Below are positions 49,501 to 60,790 of a stretch of 64,000 nucleotides of DNA, in pieces. Made by a program: the position numbers and the translations under genes. Positions within the stretch are counted from its first letter, which is position 1, and every line of letters begins with the position of its first letter. The stretch is from Sminthopsis crassicaudata (lineage: Eukaryota): positions 478,930,958 through 478,994,957 of the forward strand of contig NC_133617.1 of assembly GCF_048593235.1 (NCBI RefSeq). Direction: 5' to 3'. The notes under the pieces were generated by a model. The model had not been told where the DNA came from and did not search any database. It worked only from the letters and a program-made list of their open reading frames with translations.

Positions 49501-52500
49501 CAGTACAGAACTAATTTGCATGGCTATTCATCCTTATCAACTTTAAAACCTGAAAATTGTGACAAAAAAGATGCTTCAAGGTTTCCTAAGGTACCTTGCT
49601 AGGATGGGAGTTTAATATAAGGGAGAGTAAGGTCAAAATGCTGTCTGCATCAGATGCAGGTGAGAATAGGGATATAAGGACCTCCATCAAGGTCACTAAT
49701 CTCCTAATCTATTTTTTCTCCAACCTAGGCAAATACATTTTACATTTTGAAATAGAGGTCTCCAACTTTGGAAGAAAAGAACTGAAAAAAAAAAGTCACT
49801 TCTGTCTAAATTATCCAGATAACTTTAAAGCACTAAATTCAAGCGCTAATGAAGCATTAATGGGATAACTGCCTCCATTCTTTTTTTAAACCTGTCACTA
49901 CAGGTACAATACACCTGACTTGCCTCAGCTGCAGAAAAGAACGGCTCTGCCTCAGATCCACTCACCTTGCAGGTGCTACTACTCGTTGCCCCCTCACTGT
50001 TCAACAATGTCTCAGGCATGGGCACCAGGAGTTCTGGCAGCTGCAGATAGAGCTGGAGGAGAAGATCTTGGCAGCGTTTTCCTAACAAGCTGAAAGAGGT
50101 AGCATCATTTAAGGTTATATTATTCATTCTAAGGTGCTAAACAGAAGCCTTGAAATTCTTAAGGATGTCTGAAGAGCTTCATGCAATATATTAGGCTCAA
50201 CTGGGTATCAAACCAACATAAAATCAGTGTCCACCAACATTCAACAGCTCAACATATGCTGGTATCCAACAACTATCACATCCAATCCCTAAGAAACAAT
50301 CTACCATAAAGGGACAACGACGATATTTCAAAAACCAATGCCAATCATATCCACATTGAAAGTCTGGAAATAAGATGTACCTTTTGATTAGTGGTCATAG
50401 TTTAAGAAAAGCAGTCAGGGCCAGAATCCTTGCCAATTACCTTTGCTAACTAAATTACTTTATTCAAGCATAAAGATATCCAAAGAATATTTAGGAGTCC
50501 TCACCTGTCTCCCCATTGCTGGATGCTGCCTGTCAGGTACTCTGTTACTTTTTTGATGCTCTCAACATCTCCATGGCAACAGCTAAGCAACAGAGGCAGG
50601 CGTGACTGGATAAGATTACATGAGGCATCTTCAATGGTCTGGCTTCTGGTTTCTGACTCAGCTAAGATCAGTTCCACCAAACTTATCAGTTCTGGAGCTT
50701 GGACCTGAAGCACAAACTCTTCTCGCCGTTTCTGTAACATAACCCAGAGGGCAGTCAGGAAATAATCCCAAAGGACAGAAATCCAATTTGCTGAAGGATG
50801 ATGGCTAAGATACTAGACCCCAAACATAAAAATACTCAGTTACATTTCCACTCATTCATCTTGAAAAGCATCATTTGGTACCTGAGGAGTCCGCTGGTCC
50901 CTTCCCTGCCAGATGCGAGGAACATGAATACAAGCCCACAGGAAATCCAAAGCAGCAGATGGGTCAAACCTGAGAAAAAATAAAAGAATTCAGGACATAA
51001 ATATTATTTTAACTTAGAAACAGGAAATAATCTTTAGGAAACTGAATTATGAAAGGGTATATGTGTGGAAAGGGAAGAGGGAGACAGGTAAAAGAGTCTC
51101 ACCTCTTCACAAAAAGGAATAAAAGATTTAGACTAGTACAAAAAAAAAAAATTGCTCCTTGGGGGAAAATAGTGTTCTCTAGGGAATCTTTACTTCAGAA
51201 GCCAAACAGCATAATATTGAGTACCGTGAGGTATTTATGTATTTACTAATGCTTTTTAGTTCTCCAGTGAAAGGTAGCTAAAATACACAAACAAGAAGTC
51301 AGTTAAAAATGAACCTGCCAAAAAGAGGTACTGCTCTGTCTGAAGAGAAAAGAATCTTGGGATTCAAGGACATCCCACTTTAAGATCCAGGAACACCTGT
51401 ATCAGGGACTATGACTATGCATCTACTAGATCTGCCAGCCATAGTCTGTAAATGGCATACACGATATACTGCACTTAAACAAAATCATGCATCATTATTC
51501 TCACTGACAATAAGTTTATGTCTTCTATTTATTGACCAACATTCAATCCCAAAGAACTTGTAAGGTTTTGTTTTCCAAAAGCCTGTGTGAAGGTAAATCA
51601 CAGCCATCATAATGATAGAAGTCACCCTGTTAGCAGTGTATCTCATGCTACAATCAGGAAGGAACAAAAGTCATTTAAAGATAAAAGCCATCTGTAATGA
51701 TGAAATAAAGCTATAAAACCAGGTTTCCTCATATGTATGAAGAGTACTCACTCACCTTTGTTCTCGGTTTTTGCAAAGCAGAATGTGGATGCACTGATGA
51801 AGAGTACTCCAATTAGACTGGTGTGTAAGGAGAGCCAAGAGGTATGGGCGGAAAGACAGCACCTGAGAGCCAGAATGACTTTTGGACTGTGGAGAAAGAA
51901 AACCAAAAAAGTTTTCACTTGTCAGTCTAAAATTGGAAAATAAAGTCAGTTTATAAGTACTTTCTGGCTATACCAAACATGGAGCAAAAAACAAAATGTT
52001 CTCTTGATAACTTGTCAAAAAAGAGGACAAATAAATATGAACTGGGGAAAAAAATATGAGTAGGATAGATGGAGTTTTCTCAAAAAATAAATAAACTACT
52101 AGGTGCTATAGGAATGTTTAATAAGGTTTTATCGAGGAAATCAATTCCTCTCATCTTGCTGCCCATTCAAAAATAGATTGACATTAGATTCACATTAGGC
52201 AGCAGAAAACCACATAAACAAATGCTAGAAATGGAAAAAACAGGGTCAGATATTAAGTTACTAATTAAAGTGCAAAACTCTTCTTCCTTTGAGAAATCCA
52301 TCATATTACTGCTTTTTGTGTATATGTATATGATTTTGTGTACATGATAATGAAATCTTTTCCCATGCTTCTGCTAACAGCTTCCAGAAAGAAACATCTT
52401 CCTAGATTAAGTTCAGGCCAAGAGAAGGATTCAAACCTTATTCCAAGAGAAAAGAAGCCTCTGCTGGAGATCAGGGCAGCTGCTGATCACTTCAGGATCC

Positions 52501-55500
52501 AGCATTTCAAGCCAGTCAATCAGAAGTCCTGAAGAAGGGCCAAGCCAGGCAGTTTCACTGCCACTGAAGAGAAAAAAAACAATTCTAGTGTCACAGAAAG
52601 TGTTATTAAAATCAGAGAGTGCTGCTGCTTTCCCTTTCCCATAACTCACCTACAGTTATCCAATTCCTTTTTCCCTGAGGCTTCCTCTCTTTCCTGAAGC
52701 AGCAATGAGCTTACAACAGCAACTGGCTTAGTGGAAGGAAACTTGGAGGCAATTTCTGGAGTAGATGAGAAGAGGATAGCCAGGAGCTCCTCAAGATAAG
52801 GAGATCTCACCTCTATCAGACCTTGAAGGACTAGAAATATTAAAGAAAAAACACAGTTGGAAATGCTAGCAACCAATAGCACTGTCTGACAACACAGCTA
52901 TGGAGAAAACCTAAAGTTAGCTCTCCTGAGAAGGCTTAAGAGTATTTCTTGTGGCTTATTTCTAATGTTTAACAGACCATTCCAAATTGTAAATTATCCA
53001 ACATTTTGATTGGAAAAGTAGCTAGGAATTTTTATTTTTACTTTCTAATGTTATTCCCCCTCTCCCCCTTTAATTTTTAACATGTAGAGCAAAGAGAATT
53101 TCTATTCAAACATAAATATGCTGATAAACATTTACTTATTTGAAAGGATTTGTCTGCTTTTCCTAAAGCCATGGGACCTCTGGCTCCTTGGGGGAAAGGA
53201 GCAGGATAATATGGTAACAAGGACCTGGATTGAAATTCTGGTTTTACCATTTACTAGCTGTCTGTGTGACAGACATCTGTGTGACAGACAACAGACAATT
53301 CTATAACTATTTATGAAGCACTTCCTAATTTTAGAATATTGTCCTAGGAACTGAAGATGAACTCCAAGTAACATTGAGTCTCTGTCCTTGCTGAGACAGA
53401 AATGGAAGTAACATTTTTTTTTAGTGGTAAACTAAATACTTTAATTTTAATTTTAAATACTTTAATTCCTATGTCCAAAAGACTATGAAACTGTGCCTAT
53501 GCTTTAATCTAGCAGAATTTCTACTGGGTGTGTATCCCAAAGAGATCATAAAAGAGGGAAAAGGACCCACATGTACAAAAAATGTTTATAGCAGCTCTTT
53601 TTAGAATGGCAAGAAACTGGAAACTGAATAGATGCCCTTCAGTTTGGGAATGACTAAGTTATGGTATATGAATGTAATGGAATATTATTGTTCTATAAGA
53701 AATGATGAGTAGGCTGATTTGAGAAAAGCCTAGAAAGACTTATGTGAACATATGCTAAATGAAATGAGCAGAACCAAGAGAACATTGTACACAGTTACAA
53801 AAAGATTATGTGATAATTAACTATCTGGACATGGTTCTTCTCAACAATGAGGTAATTCAAGGTAATTCCAATGGAGTATGAAAATGTTTAGAAGAATTGC
53901 ACATGGTTGGGGAAGAGAGGGAGAAAAATTTGGAACACAAAGTTTTGCAAAGGTATCTGTTGAAAAGTATCTTTACATGTATTTAGAAAAATAAAATACT
54001 ATTATTAAAAAAAAACAAAACAACAATATAAAAAAAAAAAAAACTCTAGTTCCAGACAGGGAATGGATATGGAGTCTTTCTTGCTCTTTTCTTCCCAGAA
54101 TCTTGCTGCTACAATCTTGGTTCCATATACCATATACCTTGGTTCCAAAGGATACATCTCTCTTTCCAAGGTCATACGAGCTCTGTGGCCTTCCATGACC
54201 ACTCTAAGTAGAAGTGTCCCACAGATGGGTTCAAGGCCCTAAAACATACTTTTCTCCATCAATGGTCACAGGAGGGGGATTTCAGCCCAATAATCTCTAA
54301 TGACCGCCCTTACCCTGGAAACTGTAGACACTTCTGTAGGAAATATGTGCTTCGTCCTGGGTAAACAATCTGAAAAAAATAATGCTACAGCTCTCTATAA
54401 CTAAAAAGCATATACAGATTGAATTGAAAGACTTCCTCAAACCATATGTACAAGTACTACTTACTCCCTATCCTAATACACTAAAATTATCTGAGATAAT
54501 CAACAATTTCTCAGTCCTTTGTATTCACTGAACAACCTAGACTCCAAGCTTCCCAATGACAAGACCTCAGATACCAGGCCCAATTAGGAGCTAACTGCAC
54601 ACTCATCTATGAGTAAGGTATTCTAGGCCTATATAATCTCACTTCACTTTAGGATGATAGAAACAAAAATGTTTTTTAACATGCTTTTGAGGACCCAAAC
54701 ATAACTCATTTACTCACTCAGATGTCTGAATCAAATCTGAACCCCAGACAATTGACACTCCCCCCATCTGATGGCTAGCAAACTCTTATTCACTTGAATT
54801 ATTTCAAAGGCATATTTGTTGAAGTGCAATCTCCTTCCCCACCTAATATTGCCTACTCTCTTCTCCCTACCTACCTCAATCCTATTATCTTCTGCCACCA
54901 CTATTTCCCTTATTGTACCTTCTGGAATTCTAGGTCAGCTGATAACTTTCCTTCATCTCAGAACTTTCTTACCATCCATATTCTCATATTTAAGAAAACC
55001 TCACTCCTTCCTGAAGCCAATGTATCTCTGGCAATCCTCTTCTTTCCTGGCTGCTCTTCTCTCATCCCCTAATACACTAGATCAGGAGGACCAATTTCTC
55101 AGTGTCACTGTCAGAACATCCTATTGCCATCATTCACCTTCCACTTGACCCTGTTGCCCCCTCCAAGTTTTTTTTTTACCACTTAATTTTTAGTTTCTTA
55201 TTATCACGCTAACCTTTCTTCAGATTCTAACACTTTGACTAGTCCCTCCTCTCAAATACTCTCTTTCCTTGGCTTCCTTTTAATTCTTTACTCTCTGAAT
55301 AGATCAATGGATCTCTATCTTTTTTTTCATATCCAAGTATAAGATTGCTCTGTCCTGAATTCTCTACTCCATTGCTCTCTATGCAATATCTTGGTGATCT
55401 TCCATTTCACAGTTCAAAGAACAAGTCCAAAAAGATAACTATCACATTTATCTATTCAGTTCTATTCTATCTCCTGAAATCCAGCCCTAAATTGCCATTC

Positions 55501-58500
55501 TTGTTGACTCTTTGTAATTCCCATTTCTTATCTATTTGTTAGTTCATCTCTTTAATAATCTTTTCTAGAAATTTCCCAGGAATGGAAGCTCACAAGCTTA
55601 GTTTAGAGTCTCTGTGTTTTTTTAAATAGAAACATTTGTCCTGTTCCAATTTTATGTTACGTCTCCTGTTTTCCAAACCTTTCATAGATTTTCATTATCA
55701 TAATTAACATTTTATAATTATATCAGCCAGTTTTTTCATTAACAGTTCACCTGGGCCACCTTACAAAAACTGTTAAGTGCTTACTAACTCCTTAGTTAAG
55801 TAGGAATTTATTAAATGTCTGCTGAATTAAAAACAAGTTGAATCGCTCTGATTCACAGTATCTTCATGTATAAAACAGAGATAATAATGCCTATTATAAT
55901 GCACAGAATCAGAGGATCAAATCTGGTCATATATATATAAGTACATTATACCTCAAGTAATCTATATGTAAACATGCACACATACACATGTACTTATACA
56001 TATGTGTGTATATCAGTATATATGGATATACATATTAGTATATATATGTGGACCAGATCTACTAAGATTTCCTTAGTAGAGGGCATGCCTCTACCAATAC
56101 AATTTGGCATCTGCTCTGTAAATTATAGCCTTAGAATACTGCTTGGCTTTAAGTGACTTGACACTCAAAACTAGTCATGTTAGATGAAGGACTTGAACTC
56201 AGGTCTTCCTGACTTCCGCCAACTCAATACATCAGAGTGCCTCTGAAACTGCCACATAAGTCATCTATTATTGGGTCAGTACTCCTCTCTGGAGTGGGAT
56301 AGATGATCAAGAACCAAAAGGCAATCATGAAGGATAATGATTCCCACCCCCCTCCCTTTTCAGATCAGTTAGGAATATGCTCCTGTCCCCAGTAACATGA
56401 AGGTTCCTTCTGCATGGAGTTTGAGATCTCTGGCACTCCCTGGAATTCTCTAAAGGAGACTTCCTCTAGTATAAGATTTACCTTTGCCAATAAGTTCAGG
56501 CTCCACACTGCATCTTTCCCCCGACTTCAAGGTAGCAATGATGGCACGCACTGTGGAGCTGACTGCCTCAGAGTCTCGGCGGAAAGCCAATGTTTCAGCC
56601 AGGTGCAAGAATCCACCTCGTACTGCAGGAAATCATTTCAGCATTATCACTCTAGCCATAGAAAGGAGATTCCACCCTCTTTAACTCCATATTTGCTTAT
56701 GGTTGTGGCTACCGCCATTTGCTCCTGACAATCTGTTCCCTCCAGGGGAATGCTACAAAGGGGAAATTATTCCCCTGTGAGCGCACTCTCTGCACTCAAG
56801 CAATTCCCCTTTGTACTACACAAGTTCTTTCTCCCTTGGTCAGGGAGACCAGCCTTAAAGGAAATTTTCTCACTCTAGACTCTTAAATTATGAAATCATT
56901 CAGCCACATTCTTATTAACACCATTTCGAATGCCTATAGACACAGAAGTTTTGACAAATTCCCCTCAGTTAATGAGAAAATCGTTTTCTCCATATAAGTT
57001 AGAAAGAAACTACGAAAAAAAAAAATTCATCAGGAAACTTTTTCTATTTTCAGTGCCACATTTTGCTCCTCCTGATTCTCCATACCATCACTGATCCTGT
57101 GTCGTGAAGAGTACTGGGCTGCAAACAATTTGAGCTGGGCCTGGAGAGGGCCATCTTCCACAGCAGGGTTTTCCAGCCACTGCAACATTTGCATAAGGAC
57201 TTTGAAGAACAGTGAAGAGAAGGCTGTGTCCTGTGGAACACAACGCTGTAAGAGAGTAAAGGACCAAGAATTAGAAGCATGACTCACAGCACACAATTTG
57301 TAAGAGAGCAGCACTGATCCAATGGTCAAGAAAGCAATTAACCCCACCTTAAGAGATTAGGTAATGCCTTCTGATTAGTGTACAAAATGGTGTGGTCCAT
57401 TGTGTCTATACATTACCTACATGATTATCCTTTCCACATAGCAATTTTTCCATCCCAGGGGGTTTTGACAGTATCACAAATTGGCATAAGAAATTAAATG
57501 GAAATTTGGGGGGAGTTTTGTGGAAGTTGCAAAAAGGCCAACAGATGACAGAAAAAAAAAATTTAGGAACTCAGAAATGAAAAAATATATATACATATAG
57601 TATTGTGTAACGTCAACATAGTTTATCTTTCAGACATATTTCAGACTTCTCTGGTATGAACAGAGGGCCAAAAATTTTTACACAGACTTTTTTAGATTGT
57701 GGGAGTGCCATGCCTCTAACTCCTGTGATATGGAAGGGAAAAACTGTAAGAACATGTTACTATTTTTGTTTTTTAAATGAAAATTAAGTATCATCATCAC
57801 CTAAGTTCTTTTAGAGAAAACTCTTAAAAATCATCATAGCATCATTTGAAACAAATAGGAGCAAGATTTGCTAATCTTAGAGATTAAAAATGATGTTCAA
57901 AGGCATTGAGTGTGGCTAAGTATAAACAGTGGCAATGATCAAGACAGCAATAGACCAACTTCCAACACTGACTATGCAAGTATTTTAAGGCCTATTGTGT
58001 AATTGGATACCTCAGGACAGAACCCTGTACTGGTTAATGAAGGCGTTTAACAAAAATGCTCCTTGTCCTCAAGAAGCCTCTTACTTAAGAGAGAAGGTAA
58101 GACACATGCACAAATACAATACAAATTCAAATACGACAGGCACTTAAGTATTTGAAATCAGGATCTGGGTTTGAATCCAATTCAGTCACAAAGTTAAGCT
58201 TTATGACTGTGACAATTTCTCTGGGTCTTAGTTCTGTCAATTATAAAAAAGAGGACTGGATGAGATGACTTCTCAAGTGCTTTAAAGCTCAACAGTTACA
58301 ATCTTATGAGCAAAGATTAATTCAGTGGGAGGCAGAGTTGGTGAAAGCTTCATGGATACGACACTGAAAAATGGCAAAAATATCAGAGGGAATTTGAGAG
58401 TTAAGGACAGTGTGAGCAAAAACACAGAGACAAGAAAAGGCAGGACATATCTACAAAATGGTCAGTAACAGTTTGTTAGGAGTGTAGATTATTTAAAAGG

Positions 58501-60757
58501 TAAGAATCTGGGATGATGTGAGAAAAACCATCTGGGGCCAGATAATTGATGCCTTTGAACACCTGATTAGCACCCAACACATGCTTTATTCAATAGGCAA
58601 TGGAGAATCACTGAAGACTTGGAACAGAAAATTGATATGACCTGTGCATTAGGATGATTTAAACTAGCAATAGAGGGTAGAATGGATTGGTAAATAAAGA
58701 AACTAGAGATAGAGAAACAGGTCAGCTTGTCAAAATGTTTTAAGTGAAAAGTAACGAAGACCTGAAGTTAAAGTAAGAATAGAGGAAGGAAATAAGAGAT
58801 AATGAATTTAAAAGATGTTTCAGATGCAGTCACTAATTTTAGTGACTGAGAAAGTTACCAAAGAGAAGAGAAAGGGGGAAGGTAATAAATGATTAAGAAC
58901 CAAAATTTCCATTTAATAATTCATTTTTCTATATTGATTAAATATCTCTTTGTTCCAAAAACTTGTGGGCTAATACCTTTTCATATGCTCATGATCTGAT
59001 TCTGATTTTCCTAATAACTATTTAAGTTACTTACCCTAAAAGAATTAATATCTGTTGCTTCATAAAACCACAGGAAGGATAAAGTTGGAATGGTCTGATT
59101 TTCTAGGCCAATCCTCCAATATTTAAATAACTGGATTAACTTCCCTTCTTTACATACATAACTTTATTTTAGAATACTCCTTTCCATGTACTGTATGTTT
59201 CAACCACACTACTATTGGCTATTCCCTTATTTCAATCCTATATTTTCCCTACTCCATGTCTTTCCACATGCCATCCCCATACTGTACTTCCATCTTCACC
59301 TGACTTTTCCTTTCCCTTAAAAGCTTGTCTCCTTTCAAAAAGCTTTTATTGATACTAATGACACATGATTCTTCCCTTTCTGAATCTTAAGTGATTGTTT
59401 TTCCTTCCCAAGGCACTTAATCAGGGCAGCTAGGTGGTGCAGTGACTACAGTGCTGAGCCTGGAGTCTGAAAGACTCATGTTCCTAAATTAAAATCTGGC
59501 CTCAAAACACTTACTAGCTGTGTGACCCTGTTTGCCTCAGTTTCCTCACTTGTAAAATGAACTGGAGAAGGAAATAGCAAACCAGTCCAATGTCGTTTTC
59601 AAGAAAACCCCAAACAGGGTCATGAAGAGTTGGACACAATTGAAATGGCTGAACAGCAAAATGTACTAATCATTTCCTAAAATGTAATATAGTTATCTGT
59701 GTATGCTACTTCAGTTTAGCAAGAGGGTACGTTCCAAGACCAAGCATTGTTACAAATGTTTAAAAAAAAAAAACTTGCTGAAATCATAAAGGCTTACCTG
59801 GTATTGGTACAGTTGCCGTATCAAGGGGCAGGAAATGAAGTGGTTCCGATGCATTGACATCACCAAGGACCCGCTGTGTGGGGAATTCAATAAGGCTGAC
59901 AAAGCCTGCAAGAGACGTACTGCTATACCTGTCACTTGAGGGTTTCCCTGACGGACCTTTGCCAATTCCTGCCCCAAAGCTTGCTGGAGGGCCAGGGAAA
60001 TAGGGCGAGGGTTTGAATTCTGCCATCGAGGATCAGGACTTAGTGTAAAGAGCTAAGACAGAAAAGAGAGAAGGAAAAGTTTTTGAGCAAGGAATAAGAG
60101 AATGAAGCTAGGAAATACTTCCTTTCTTTCAGCATATCAGGGAGGTTGGGAGATGTTCTAGCCTTAGAGCTGAATTCCCTCATTCACCTTAAGCCTTTGG
60201 TTCAACCTATCCAAACCAATTTTGGCTGCCCATGATAATTCATTCATGAGCCTAAGTTTTTATCAAACTCTACAAAGTTGTTCTATCTCCAAAAAAATAC
60301 ACTTGCACATAAATGCACAAAATGAGTAATAAGCAAGGTGAACCAAGGCTTCTAAAACAAAAGAAGCAAAACTGACCTCACAGGCATCACTAAGACTTGG
60401 TAAAATGAGACCCACAACTAGACTATGGTTCTACAAGTATGTATCTTATACAAAAACAACAGAGTAAGTAAAAAGGACAAGGGGAATAAAATAGCATATT
60501 ATGATCAATTCTTGGAAACAAATCCAGGAGTTAAAGCAGGGAATCATGGCAGAGAACACTAAACAGTTTGCAAAATAGATGCAATACTGTCATTGGAGCA
60601 AAATATGACTATATAGATATAAAAAAGGGGCAACTAGGTGGCACAGTGGATAGAGCACCAGCCTTGAATTCAGGAGGACCCGAGTTCAAATCTGGTCTCA
60701 GACACTTAACTTCCTAGCTGTGTGACCCTGGGCAAGTCACTTAACCCCAGCCTCAAA

Positions 60758-60790
<33 letters not shown>

